Below are positions 1-15,100 of a stretch of 64,000 bases of DNA, one piece after another (within the stretch, counting starts at the first letter, position 1; the number at the start of each line of letters is the position of its first letter). The stretch lies in NCBI RefSeq assembly GCF_009914755.1, contig NC_060934.1. One strand, 5' to 3'. The DNA is from the human T2T-CHM13v2.0 reference genome, Homo sapiens. The translations under genes were made by a program, and so were the position numbers. A model generated the notes under the pieces. It did not search any database. It worked only from the letters and a program-made list of their open reading frames with translations, and had not been told where the DNA came from.

Positions 1-3000
1 ACACAACATCCATTGACACTTGAGCTGGCGGGGAGAGCTGCTAGACAGGTAGTAGGGGCAGGGCTTCAGTCTGTGTAGAGCCCATAGGGTTTGGTGTGGG
101 AAAGTCTGCAGTGGAGCATGGCCAGGGATGCCCATCTCCCAATGCTCACCATACTCCTTTAGGAGAATTTAGCCTGAGGGGAACTATGAGACCTGAACAG
201 AGCAGGGCAATCTTGCCTATGAGATGAGGCCAGAGAGATCAGAGTGCCCCCTGAGTCTGCTGGCCTCTCCCTGGTCCCTAGACTGGCAGTGCCTACTTGC
301 AGTGCAGCCTTGGATGCGTAACTAGGGTGCTACCCAGGGACCAGCATCATAGCTTCTGCACTGGCAAACCATGTCTCATTGTTGGAGGGCACCAGCAGAG
401 TGATCTCCAACAATGTGCACCAGCCTACCCACACCTTCCCTCCACTACAGCCTTTCCAGCACACACTAACCCATAGCTACCTCTCTCACTGCTTTGCCGG
501 TGCACACGTGCACAGGAGGACCTTGCTTCTCAACCCCTGTCAATGTGGGTGAGCTTGTGCACCCCACTGTGCCATGCCATTGATGCTGGCCTGAACACAC
601 CCTGTCCCACCCCTCCGTGATATACTGCCGTTGCTGGAGTCCCCACCCCCAGCCAGTATCACTGCCACACATGTGAATGCATGCATGGAGATGTCCAGCC
701 CCACGTTCGCCAGTGCCCTGCACCCATGCCTTAACCACCACCAAGGAAAACATGCACATGAACACAAGTGACCCCATGCATCCCATGATATACAGTCACT
801 GCTGCAAATGTACACATGGAGGGTGACAGTCAGATACCTGCCAAATGCCTGCCAGTGCCCCACCACAGCCAATAAGCATGCACCCTACGGCACTGCCACT
901 GTTGCTGGCATGTGCAAATGAGTACAGTTACCACTGTCACAGCCCAACTAAGCACTTTGGATGGCACTGCTGAACAGAGTGTGTGGCCAGTGGTCCAAGA
1001 ACATCTCAGCTCCTCTAATGTAACAAACTTCTAACCTTGAAGTGCTAGAGAACAAAGTTGTGGGTCTCATTTCAGTCCCCCAGAGTAGGAATACGCAGCC
1101 CAGGAGTGCTGAGCTGAGCCTTGGTCCCTTAAAGTCTTTCAAAAACATAGCCATTGACTGAACCCATCTTAATCACAAACTCCCAACAACATCAAAGAAG
1201 ATAAAAGGAAAAACAAACAAACAAAAAACATCCAAAGGCAACAACTTCAAAGGTTAAAGGAACATGAGTCCACATAGATGAGAAAATAAACAGTGCAGGA
1301 ACTCTGGCAACTCAAAAAGCCGGAGTGTCTTTTTACATCCAAACAACTGCATCAGTTCCCCAACAAGAGTTCTTAACCAGGCTGAAATATCTGAAATGAC
1401 AAAAATAGTATTCAGAATATGAATAGGAGTAAAGATCATTGAGCTTCAGAATGGCAAAATTCAATTCAAGGATTATAAGGAATACAATAAAACAAAACAG
1501 GAGATGAAAGATCAAATGGCTACTTTTAAAAAGAATCAAACAGATCTGATAGAACTGAAAACTCCCTTCAAGAATTTCAGAATAAAATAACAATTATTAA
1601 CAGTAGAATTGACCAAGCTGAAGAAAGACTCTCAGGGCTGGAGGACTGGTTTTCTGAAATAACTCAGTCAGACAAAAATGAAGAAAAAAAATAAAGAAGA
1701 ATAAACAAAACCTCCAAGAAATATAGGATTATATAAAGAGACCAAATCTATGACTCACTGGCATCCATGAAAGAGAGGTAGAGAATGCAAACAACTTGAA
1801 AAACATATTTCAGGATATCATCCATGAAAATTTCCCCAACCTCGTTAGAGAGGCCAACATTGACATTTAAGAAAAGCAGAGAATGCCAGCAAAATACTAC
1901 ACAAGAAGACCACCCACAAGACACATAGTCATCAGATTCTCCAAAGTCAAAATGAAAGAAAAAGTGTTAAAGGCAGCTAAAGAGAAGGTCATGTCACCTA
2001 AAAAGGGAAGCCCATCAGACTAACAGCAGACCTTTAAGCATAAACTCTACAATGCAGAAGAGATTGAAGGCTTATATTCAGCATTCTTAAAGGAGAGAAA
2101 CTCCAACCAATAATTTCATATCCTGCCACATGAAGCTTCATAGGTGAAGGAAAATATAAGATCTTTTTCAGACAAGTATATGCCAAGGGAATTCAATAGC
2201 ACCAGGCCTGCCTTACAAGAGGTCTTGAAAGAAGTGCTAAACATTGAAAGAAAAGACTGTTACAGGCTGCTACAGAAACACACTTAACTACATATCTCAG
2301 TTACACTATAAAGCAGCCACAGACACAAGTCTGCAAAATAACCAGCTAACAAAACAATGACAGGATCAAATCCACACATATCAGTACAAACCTTGAGTGT
2401 AAACAGCTAATTGCCCCTATTAAATGGCACAGAGTGGCAAGTTAGATAAGAAAGCAAGACCCAATTATATACTGCCCTAGAAAGACCCATCTCACATGCA
2501 ATGACACCCAAGGACTCAAAGAAAAGGGCTGGAGAAAAACCAATCAAGCAAACAGAATAAAAGAAAAAAGTAGGGGTTGTTATTCTAATTCAGACAAAAC
2601 AGAGTTTAATCCAACAAAGATCAAGAAAGACAAAGGGGCATTACATAATGGCAAAGGGCTCAATTCAACGAGAAGACCTACTATCTTAAATATATATGCA
2701 CCCGATACAGGAGCACCCAGATTCATAAAGCAAGTTCTTACAGACCTAGGAAGAGAGTTAGATAACCATACAACAATGGTAATAGACTTCAACACCCCCA
2801 CAGATAGTATTAAATCAACACAGAAAACTAACAAAGATATTCAGGAGCAGAACTGGACAATTGACCAAATGGGCCTAATACATATCTACAGAGCTCTTTA
2901 CCCCAAAATAGCAGAATATGCATTCTTCTCATCTGCACATGGCACATACTCTAAAATGCACCACATAATTAATTATAAAACAATCCACAGCAAATTTAAA

Positions 3001-3487
3001 AAAAAAAAGCTAAGCACACTCTCAGACCACAGTGCAATAAAAATAGAAATCAATACTAAGAAAATCAATCAAAATCATACAAATGGATATTAAACAATGT
3101 GCTACTCAATGACTTTAAGGTAAATAACAAAATTAAGGCAGAAATCAAAAAATTATTAGAAACTAATGAGAACAAAGATACAACATACCAGAATCTCTGG
3201 GAGAGATAAAGCAATATTTAGAGGAAAATTTATAACACTAAATGCCCATGGTCCATTTTTCATGAAGCATATATGCACATCAAAAAGTTAAAAAGATCTC
3301 AAATTAACAACCTAGCATCATGACTAGTCCATACAAAAGAACAACAAATCTTGAAGTTTCTTTTTTGAAAGAATTAAAAAGATAGACCACTTGCTAGAAT
3401 AATAAAGGACAAAAAGAAAGAAGATCCAAATAAACACGATCAGAAGTAACATAGGGAATGTTAACCACTGGCCCCACAGAAACACCC

Positions 3488-3552
3488 ATACACACACACA
3501 CTCACACACACGCGCGAGCCAAAAACAAAAACAAAAACAAAAACAAAAAAAA
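3488..3552. repeat. (CA)n/(CG)n followed by (CAAAAA)n microsatellite
   Basis: Read directly: cacacacacactcacacacacgcgcg...aaaaacaaaaacaaaaacaaaaac. Confidence 0.85.
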
Positions 3553-3832
3553 GGCCGGGTGTGGTGGCTTATGCCTGTAATCCCAGCACTTTGGGAGGCC
3601 GGGGTGGGCGGATCACGAAATCAGGAGATCGAGACCATCCTGGCTAACACGGTGAAACCCTGTCTCTACTAAAAATACAAAAAATTAGCCGGGCATGGTG
3701 GTGGGTGCCTGTATCCCAGCTACTCAGGAGACTGAGGCAGGAGAATTGGCGTGAACCCGGGAGGCGGAGCTTGCAGTGAGCCAAGATCACACCACTGCAC
3801 TCCAGCCTGGGCGACAGAGCAAGACTCCGTCT

Positions 3833-3866
<34 letters not shown>
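3553..3866 (+). mobile_element. AluY
   Basis: Full dimer with AluY diagnostics (gagatcgagaccatcctggctaacacggtg; gcgtgaacccgggaggcggagcttgc) and a long A tail. Confidence 0.95.
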
Positions 3867-3867
<1 letters not shown>

Positions 3868-3994
3868 AACAACCAAACAAAAAACCCTTCGGAGACTGCT
3901 TACGAATACCTCTATGCACAAAAACTAGAAAAACTAGAAAGTGTAGAAGAAATGAATAAATTCCCGGAAATATACAACCTCTAGGATTAAACTA

Positions 3995-4470
<476 letters not shown>

Positions 4471-4483
4471 ACCAACTGGAAAG

Positions 4484-5345
4484 TTTTACTGTTAGCCTGT
4501 TAGATTTCCCTTTTAGGTGACCTGTCCCTTATCTCTAGCTTCATTTAAGGTTTTTTTCTTCTGCATTGCCCTTAGAGAATCTGATGACTATATGTCTTGG
4601 AAATTGTCATCTTGGATAGTATTGCCTAGGAATTCTCCGAATTTCCTGAATTTCCATGTCAACCTTTCTAGTGAGATAGGGAAATTTTTCATGGACCATA
4701 TTTTCAAATTTGTTTGCCAAGTTTCTTCTTTCTCAGCAGTGAGTTGTAGGTTTAATCTCTTTATATAATTTCATATTTCTCAGAGGTTTTGTTCATTTGT
4801 AAAAATTATTTTTTGTTTAGATATTTATTTATTTATTTCCTGTGTTGATTCAAAGGAGCAGTCTTCAAGCTCTGAAATTATTTCCTCAACTTGGTCTGTT
4901 TCCTTGTTAGTGCTTCCAGTTGTATTATGAAATTTCTATAGTGAATTTTTTTTTTTTATTTCCAGAAGTTGAGTTTGGTTATTTCTTAAAATGCTATATT
5001 GTTTTTCAACTCTTATATTTTCGTACCGTTTTCCTTGAATTTGGTTTCAGAGTTCTTATGTATCTCATTTAGCTTCCTTGCTAATTCAGGTTCTGAATTT
5101 AATGTCTGTCATTTCAGTCATTCAATCTTGTTAAGAACTATTGCTGGAAAGGTACTATGATTGTTTGAAAGTAAGAATACACTTTAACTTTTAGAGTTGC
5201 CAGAGTTCCTGCACTGATTTTTTCTCATCTGTGAAGTTTTATGTTCCTTTACCCATTGAAGTTGCTGACCTTTGGATGGGGCATTTTGTTTTTATGTTCT
5301 TTGCTTCCTTTGAGAGTTTGACTGTCTGGCAAGTTGGGTATGGTT
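4484..5345 (-). mobile_element. L1PA15/16-like ORF1 fragment (antisense; extends ~12 bp left of the Alu)
   Basis: Reverse complement is homologous but not identical to ~1200-2040, e.g. 5190-5230 rc ~ cagatgagaaaaatcagtgcaggaactctggcaactc. Confidence 0.85.
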
Positions 5346-5349
5346 AATT

Positions 5350-5938
5350 TTTTGATAAAAACTAAGACACAAAAACACACTTTAGTCTAGCCCTATATAG
5401 GGTGAGGATTACCAATATCACTGTCTTCCACCTCCACATCTTGTCCCACTGGAAGGTCTTCTGGGGCAATGACATGCATGGAGCTATCATCTCCTATATA
5501 ACAACGCCTTCTTCTTGAATACCTTCTGAAGGACATACCCAAGGCTGATTTACAGTTAACTTACATCCATATGTGTGTGTGTGTGTATATATATATTACA
5601 TATATATATACACACATATACATATATATATATGTGGAGTATTCACTAAAATAGAAATAAGAAGTATAGTAAATACGTGAACCAGCAACATACTCATTTA
5701 TCATGATTATCAAATATTATATATTGTCCATAATTGTACATGCTATACTTTCATATAACTGACATCAGAGTAGGTTTACATCAGCATCACCACAAATTTG
5801 CTGGTAACGTGTTGTGCTATAGCGTTATGATAGCTATGATGTCACTAGGAAATAAAATTTGTAAGCTTCATAATTTTATGTGACCACAGTTGCATATGTG
5901 GTCTGTCATTGACCAAACTGTCATTATTTACTTCATGA
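5350..5938 (-). mobile_element. Tigger3/MER7 (Tc1-mariner/pogo DNA transposon) fragment with one terminus; internal (TG/TA)n at 5569-5635
   Basis: Characteristic 'atcactgtcttccacctccacatcttgtcccactggaaggtctt' and terminal 'gcatatgtggtctgtcattgaccaaa'. Confidence 0.85.
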
Positions 5939-6074
5939 AAATATCTCATATTAGATTAGGATAGAGTTCTTATTCTTTTTTTAAAAAAAAATCTGTCTAT
6001 AAAATGCATAGTGATTTCAGATACATAGAGAAACTATGTACATCCTAAGTGTTTAGCTTGATAAGTTTTCACAA

Positions 6075-9000
6075 ATCAACAGAATATACATTATTCTCAT
6101 TGCTGCATGGCACTTACTCAAAAATTGATCACCTAATCAAAAGTAAAACACTTCTCAGCAAATGCAAAAGAACTGAAATTATAACAGTTTCTTGGACCAC
6201 AGTGCAATCAAATTAGAACTCAAGACTAAGAAATTCACTCAAAATCATACAATCACATGCAAATTGAACAACCTGCTCCTGAATGACTTGGAAGTAATCA
6301 ATGAAATTATGGCAAAAATGAAGTTCTTTACTAATGAGAACAAAGATACAGCATACCAGAATCTCTGGGACACAGCTAAGGCAGCATTAAGAGGGAAATT
6401 TATAGCACTAAATACCCACATGAAAAAGCTAGAAAGATCTCAAGTTAACAACCTCATATCACAACTAAGAGAACTAAAGAACCAAGAGCAAACAAACCCC
6501 AAAGGTAGCAGAAGACAAGAAATAACCAAGATCGGAGCTGAACTGAAGGAGATAGAGACATAAAAAACCTTTCAAAAAATCAATGAAACCAGGAGCTGCT
6601 TTTTTAAAAAAATTAATAAAATAGATAGACAACTAGTTAGGTTATTAATGAAGAAAAGAGAGAAGATTCAAATAAAGACAATCAGATGATAAGGGGGATA
6701 TTACCATTCACCCTACAGAAATATAGATAACCAAAAGAGAGTATTATAAACGCCTCTGTGCACATGAACTAGAATATCTAGAAGAAATGGATAAATTCCT
6801 GGACACCTACACCTTCCAAGACTGAAGCATGAAGAAATTGAATGCTTGAACAAACCAATAACAAGTTCTGAAATTACGGCAGCAATAAATAGCCTACCAA
6901 CCATAAAAAGCCCAGGACCAGACAGATTCACAGCCAAATTCTATCAAATGTACAAAGAAGAGCTGGCACCATTCCTACAGAAACTATTCCAAAAAAACTG
7001 AAACGGAGGGACTCGTCCCTAACTCATTTTATAAGGCCAGAATCATCCTGATACCCAAACCTGGCAGAGATACAACAACAACAACAAAACTTTAGGTCAA
7101 TATCCATAACAAACATTGATATAAAAATTCTCTACAGAATACTGGCAAATTGAATCCAGCAGCAGATCAAAAAGCTTATCCACCATGATCAAGTGTGCTT
7201 CATCCCCAGGATGCAATGTTGCTTCAAAATACACAAATCTATAACTGTGATTCATCATATAAACAGAATTAAGACAAGCACCACATGATTATCTCAATAA
7301 ATTCAGAAAAGGCTTTTGATAGAATTCAACATTCCTTAACATTAAAAACTCTCAATAAACTAGGTATTAAAGGAACATACCTCAAAATAATAAGAGCCAT
7401 ATATGATAAACCAACAGACAATATACTGAATGGGCAAAATCTGGAAGCATTCCCCTTGAAAACTGGCACAAGACAAGGATGCCCTCTCTCACCCCTTCTT
7501 ATTCAAAATAGCACTGGAAGTTCTTGCAGGGCAATCAAGCAAGAGAAAAAATAAAGGTATCCAAGTAGGAAGAGAGGAAGTCAAACTATCTTTGTTTGCA
7601 GATGACATGATCCTATCTAGAAAACCCCATTCCTCAGTCCAATAGCTTCTTAAGCTGATAAACAATTTCAGCAGTCTCAAGATACAAAATTAATGTGCAA
7701 AACTCCTAGCATTCCTATGCAAGCTGAGAGCCAAATCATGAAGGAACTCCTATTCACAATCTCCGCAAACAGAATAAAATACCTAGGAATAGAGCTAACG
7801 AGGGAAGTGAATGATCTCTCTGAGGAGAACTACAAACCACTGCTCAAAGAAATCAGAGATGACACAAACAAATGGAAAAACATTGTATGCTCATGGATAT
7901 GAAGAAGCAATATAGTGAAAATGACCATACTGTCCAAAGCAATGTATACAATCAATGCTGTTACCATTAAACTACCACTGACATTCTTCACAGAACTAGA
8001 AAATACTATCTTAAAATTCATATGGAAACAAAAAAGAGCTCAAATAGCCAAGGCAATCCTAAGCAAAAAGAACAAAGCTGGAGGCCTTATGCTACCCGAC
8101 TTCAAACTATACTGCGTGGCTACAATAACAAAAACAGCATGCTACTCATAAAAGAACAAACACATAGACCAATGGAACAAAACAGAGAACCACATACCTG
8201 CAACCAGGAATAAGACTGCATACCTACAATCACCTGATCTTCAACAAACTGGACAAAAACAAGCAATGGGGAAAAGACTCCTTACTTAATAAATGGTACT
8301 GAAAAAACTGGATAGTCATGTGCAAAAAATTGAAACCAGACACCTTTCTTACATCATACACAAAAATCAACTCAAGATGGATTAAAAACTTAAATATATA
8401 ACCCAAAACCATAAAAATACTGGAAGAAAACCTAGGCAATACCATTCAGGACATAGACACAGGCAGATTTCATGACAAAGATGCCAAAAGCAATTGCAAC
8501 AGAGGCAAAACTTGACAAATATGATCTAATTAAACTAAAGAGCTTCTGCACAGCAAAAGAAACTATCAACAGAGTAAACAGACAACCAACAGAATGGGAG
8601 GAAACTTTTGCAAACTATGCATCTGACAAAGGTCTAACATTCAGCATCTGTAAGTAACTTAAACAAATTTACAAGAAAAAAACAAAAAGATCCCATTAAA
8701 AAGTGAGTAAAGGACATGAACAGACACTTCTCAAAAGAAGACATACATGTGGCCAATAATCATATGAAAAAATCACTGATCATTCGAGAAATTCAAATCA
8801 AAAGCACAATGAGATACCATTTCACACCAGTTAGAATGGCTATCATTAAAAAGTCAGTCAAAAATAATAAATGCTGGTAAGGTTGTGCAGAAAAAGGAAC
8901 ACTTTTACACTGTTGGTGGGAGGGGAAATTAATTCAATCATCATGGAAGACAGTGTGGTAATTCCTCAAAGACCTAGAGACACAAATACCATTAGACCCA

Positions 9001-9552
9001 GCAAGCTCATTACTAGGTATATACTCAAAGGAATATAAATGATTCTACTATAAAGACACATGCACATGTATGCTCATTGCAACATCATTCACAAAAGCAG
9101 AGACGGAATCAATCTCAACTCCCAATTATGAACAAAAATAGTTTTATTTCTGGATAAGGAAAATGTGGTGTATATACACCATGGAATACTATGCAGCCAT
9201 AAAAAGAATGAGATCACGTCCTTTACAGGGACATGCATGGAGCTGGAGGCCATTATCCTTAGCAAACTAACACAAAATGGAAAACAAAATACCACATGTT
9301 CTCACTTATAAGTGGGAGCTAAATGATGAGAACACATGGGCGCACAGAGGAGAACAACACACAGTGGGGCTTACTGGAGGGCAGAGGGTGAGAAGAGGGA
9401 GAAGAACAAAAAACAATGACTAATGGATACTAGACTTAATTTAATACCTTAATGGTGAACTAATCTGTACAACTAACCCCCATGACACACGTATACCTAT
9501 GTAACAAACCTGCACATCCTGCAAATGTACCCCTGAACTTAAAATTAAAGTT
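6075..9552 (+). mobile_element. 5'-truncated L1PA13-15-like: ORF2 remnant (EN end, RT, C-terminus) plus 3'UTR
   Basis: ORF2 peptides in ORFs 6192-6563, 7285-7554 ([10 protein letters not shown]), 7693-7902, 7915-8151 and 8472-8657; 3' end 'gtacccctgaacttaaaattaaagtt'. Confidence 0.93.
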
Positions 9553-9859
9553 GTTGATATTTTTTGTTATTGTTTGTTTTAAAGAAAGCACCTGTGCATT
9601 CAGTGCCCACTTCAGGAACTAAGACACTACAGAACCTTCATGTGTCCGCTCTTTCTAAATCGAATATTTCAAATGTATTTTCATTTTCTCTGTATTCTAA
9701 ACCCCATAAGATTTTACCAGTGTTTTTTCAATCAATATTAAATTATCATCCCACATATGCACACTTTCTGGTGTTTTTCCCCCCTCCTACATTTCCTTTT
9801 TTTCCATTTGGAAATATTTTTCTGCTGCTTGTAGACCCCAATATGTTCTTTCTGCAAGC

Positions 9860-10270
9860 CTGATAGCAACAGATCTCTTTAAATTTTATTTCTAAGGGAC
9901 CATCTTTATTTCATCTTTACGAAGGCTATATTCATTTACATGCAATTCTAGGTTGTCAGTTATTTTCCTTAGTACTTTACAGAAGTCATTTCCTTTTCTT
10001 CTGTCTTCACTAATTTGTGACAGCAAATATATTTTTGTTTGTGTTTTTTGAGAATAAAGTGTATTTTTTTTTCCTCTGGCTACTTTAACTATTTTATACT
10101 TGTATTTTATTTTTAACTGTTTTGCTATAGCATGGCTATAGTTTGATTCTCTTTATTTATCCTACTTGAAGCATTTTGATCTTCTTAAATCTGTTTGTTG
10201 ATCTTTCATGAGTTTTTAAAAATTCCCTGTCCTACATCTTCAACTCCTAATTCTATCCATTTTTTCTTCC
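9860..10270 (-). mobile_element. Ancient L1M (L1ME-like) fragment
   Basis: Antisense L1M-like tract 'attctaggttgtcagttattttccttagtactttac'; highly diverged. Confidence 0.55.
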
Positions 10271-11174
10271 CTGTGTATCTCTGGAAATCAAATTGTCACA
10301 GTACAAGAATTAGAAGGTTTCTATCTCTCTTAAGAGAGTGACAGGAATCATAATAACATATTTTAATCTACATCTTCTAGTGTTTCCTGACATACAGAAA
10401 CTTCTCAATGAATGTTAAGCATTATGCTTATTATTATTACCAAATTGTCTGGAAAATAGCATGCCTTTTTATTACGAAAAAAAGTAGAAAACTAAAATCA
10501 TCAGTATTCTTAAGTACAATAATATAACAATTTAATAAATAACTATTATCACTATTAGGAAATGAGCATTAGTATATTATAGGCTAGGCAGCAAATAAGA
10601 AAATAAAAATGCATAAAAACCCATTAATTTAAATTATCAGTATTTGCAAAACAAATACTAAAAACAACCAAAAATTCAAAGGCAATTAACACAAAAGCTT
10701 TTGGAAACCAAATAATCATCAAATAAAGAATCGAAAGGAATATGGAATATACTCATATGAATAGCTTTCCAAATTCTAAAAATAGTACAAATGAATTAGT
10801 ACCATTAATATACCTATAGTTTTACAAGTCATAAAAAACGGCGAGATGAACAATTTACAAAGTAAGAAGGTAAATGAACCAAAGACTGAGAAAAGGGACA
10901 CATATTAATATAAATATATATACACATATTTTAAAATATTAGCAAGTAGAAGTCAGATGATAGTTTTAAATCCTCCAATTTGTTCTTCTCCTTCAATATT
11001 ATGTTGGCTATTACAGTCAGTTTTCAATATTCACAAAATAAATTGCTGGAATTTTTAATGGAATTACATTGCATCTATAGACAAAGTTGGAAAGACATCT
11101 TCCCATCTTGAACATATTGAATCTTCCTATGGCTAAACATAAAACATCTGTCTATTTATTTAGTTATTATTTGA

Positions 11175-11479
11175 TTTTTTTTTTTTTTTGAGACAGGGTC
11201 TCACTCTATCACTCAGGCTGGAGTGCAGTGGCATAATCTTGGCTTGGCTCATTGCAACCTTTGCCTCCTGGCTCAAGCAATTCTCCCACCTCAGCCTCCC
11301 TAATTGCTGGAACCCCAGGCATACCACCATTCCCGGCTAATTTTTGTATTTTTGGTAGAGACAGGGTTTTGCCATGTTGCTCATGCTGGTCTTGAACTTG
11401 AACTCCTGAGTTCAAATGATCTGCCCACCTTGGCCTCCCAAAGTGCTGGGATTACAGGTGTGAGCTTCTGTGCCCAACC
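11175..11479 (-). mobile_element. AluJ (Jb-like)
   Basis: Antisense Alu dimer with poly-T and J-type 'gagacagggtctcactct'. Confidence 0.9.
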
Positions 11480-11768
11480 TTAATTTCTTTTATCAAACTA
11501 TTATAGTTTTCCTCCAATAAATCTTGTAAATATTTTGGTAGATTTGAATTTTTAAAAATTTTCAGTGCTAATAATGTAATTGGTATTATTTTTTAATTTC
11601 AAATTTCATTTGTTCATTGCTGATATATGGGAGAGTGATTTGCTCTGTGAATCCTGCAATCTTGCTATAATCACTCAGTTCCAGGAGGGTTGATTTGTTC
11701 AGATTTTCTACAGAGACAATCATGCCATTTACAAACAAAAATAGTTTTGTTTCTTCCTTCCCAATTAG

Positions 11769-12155
<387 letters not shown>

Positions 12156-15100
12156 TGATGATCTTAGAAGGAAAGCTTCAAGTTTCTCGCTATTAAGTCT
12201 GATACTAGCTGTCAATTTTTTCAAATGTTCTCTGTGAAGTTGTGAACATTCCCTTCTATTCCTAACTTTCTGAGAGGCTTTATCATGAATGGATGTTGGA
12301 TATTATCAAATTCTTTTTCTTTATGTGTTTATATAATCATGTGTTTTTTTTTTTCTTTAGCTTGTTGAGGTGACAAGATTACTTATTAACTTTTGAATTC
12401 TTAATCAGTCTTGCCTGTCTGCAATAAATCTCACTTGGTCATTGTGTGTAATTTTTAAAATATGTAGTTGGATTCTCTTTAAGAATATTTTTTAAAGCAT
12501 TGTTCCATTTATGTTCATGAGGAATATCGTCCGTAGTTTTCTCTTCTACTGACATCTTTATCTGGTTTGGGTATTAGGTTTTACTGGCCTCATAGAAGAG
12601 TTAGTAAATACTTCTGCTTCTCATTTGGAGGAGATTGTAGAGAACTGATGTAATTTTTCCCAACTGTTTAGTATAACTCATCTGTGAGCCCATCTGGGCC
12701 TGGTGATTTTGGTTTCGGAAGGATATTGATCATTATTGTCAAGTTCTTTAATATATAATGGCATATTCAGCTTGACTATTTCTTCTTGTGTGACTTTTTT
12801 ATCGTTTTGGCACATTGTGTGTTTCAATAGATTGGTTCATTGGGTTATCAAATTTAGACAGGTGTTCATAGTATTCTTTGATTGTCTTTTTAATATCCAT
12901 GGAATTTGTAGTGATGTGTCTTTTTCATATTTGATATTAGTAATTTGCCTACTCTCTTTTTCCTTATTTAATCTGGCTAAAAGCTATTAATTTGTTGATA
13001 TTTTAAAAGCTTTTGGTTTCACTGATTTTCTCAATTTATTTCCTATTTTTTCATTGATTTCTGTTCTAAGTGTAATTATTTGTTTTCTTCTGCTTACTTT
13101 GTATTTAATTTGCTTTTTTCCCCCAGCTTCCTAATGTGGAAATTTAGTTTATTAATTTTAGATATTTCTTCTTTTCTAGTATAGGCATTCAATGCTATAA
13201 ATATTCCTCTAAGCACAGCTTTGCTGCATCCCATACATTGTGATAAGTTGTTTTCATCTTCATTTAGTCCAAAATATCTTTAAAAACTTCTATTAAGAGT
13301 TCTTCTTTGACTCATGATATTTGTTGTGTGTTGATTAATTTCTAAATATTTTAGGATTTCCAACTATGCTTTAGTATTAATTTCTAGCTTAATTCCATTG
13401 TGACCTGAGAGCAAACATTGTAAAATTTGTATTCTTTTAAATTTATTAGGATGTGTTTTATGGCCCAGAATGTGGCCTATCTTGCTTACTGTTTCATGTG
13501 AGCTTGAGTAAAATCTGTATTCTGCTGTTGTTGGATCAAGAAATCTATTGATATCAATTATATTCAATTTATTTTTATAATGTTGATACTACGTCCTTAC
13601 CCATAGTCTGCTGTATCTGTTCATTTCTGGTAGAAGGATGTCAAGTATAAAAATGGATTTGTCTATTTATTTTTGTTGCTATATAAATTTTTGCTTCAAA
13701 TATTTTGACACTCTTTTGTTAGGCATAAACATTAGTAATTGTTATTGTCTTCTTGGAGAATCACAAAGTATCATTATGTAATATCCCTCTTGATGCCTGA
13801 TAATTTTTCTTCCTCTGAAGTCTACTCTGTGTGAAATTAATATTGTGATTCCCACTTCCTTTTGGTTGGTGTAAGCATGGTCTAACTTTCATTATACGTT
13901 TTCTTTTATACTACATGTGTCTTTATATATGAATTGGGTTTATTGCAAACAACAAATATTTGAGTCATATTTTTATATCCTTTCTGACTTTTGATGGTGC
14001 AGTTAGACCTCTGATGTTCAAAGTGATTGATGTAGTTGGCTTTGTATCTATCATATTTGTTATTAGGTTTCCCTTGGTCTTTGTGCCTATCTTTGTCTTT
14101 CACTCTTTTTCTTCCTTTTGGTGCTTCAGTTAAGCATTGTATATGTTGTCAATTTTTCTTTTTTTCAGAATATCAGTTATACTTTTTCTTTTAATGTTTG
14201 CCCTTAAGTTTGCAATATACATTTACACCTGATCCAGTCGACTTTCCAATAACACTATACTACTTCATAGGTGGTGTGAGTACGTTATAACAAAAATTTC
14301 TAAATCCTTCCTCCCATTTCTTGTATCATTAATGTTATTCATTTTACTTATATGTAAGCATATATGTTATTAATATATAAGCACACATAGTTAAGTAAAT
14401 TGTTGCTATTAATTTGAACAAACTGTTCTCTGTTAGATCAATTAAAAATAAGAAAAAAATTTTCTTTTATCTTCATTTACTGCTTTTTGATGCTCTTTAT
14501 TTATCAAGATCTAGGTTTCTGACCTATATAATCTGACCTATATAATTTTTTCCAGCATTTTTTTCACTGTTCCTTAAAATTTCCATCTATCTGCTTATAT
14601 TGTCTATCTGTTCTGTAATTTTCTCTCTAAAATACATTTTTGAAAATATATGTCTTGCATGGCAGGTCTTCTGGCATCAAATTGTTAATTTTTATTTGTC
14701 TGAGAAAATTTTTATTTCTCTTTCATTTTTGAAGCACAGTTTCACTGAGTACAGAAATCTAGGTTGGTAGGTGATTATTTTTTCTCTCAACATTTAAACA
14801 TTTAACTCCAATCTCTTCTTGATTGTATGATTTCTGAGGATAGTCAAATGTAGTTCTCCTTTTTATTCCTCTATAACTAACTTGTTTATTCCATCTGTTG
14901 TCCAACAGAATTTTTATCTTTATATTTGATTTTCTGTAGTTTGTATCCTGTTAGTTGTTCTCTGAGCTTCCCTGGTGTGTGGCTTGGTTTCAGATTTAAA
15001 CGTGAAGAAAATTCTCAGTCATTATTTTTTCAAATAGTTACTCTCTTCCTTTCATTTTTTTTTTCTTTTCCACCAGGTATTCTCATTACATGTTTATTAG

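Noticed and set aside
466-1154. Antisense ORFs in the L1 5'UTR (ORF0-like?)
   Set aside because: ORF0 belongs to the younger L1PA 5'UTR type; these frames show no resemblance and lie in a repetitive older UTR
6192-8657. Run of same-strand ORFs resembling an operon or multi-exon gene
   Set aside because: Collinear decayed L1 ORF2
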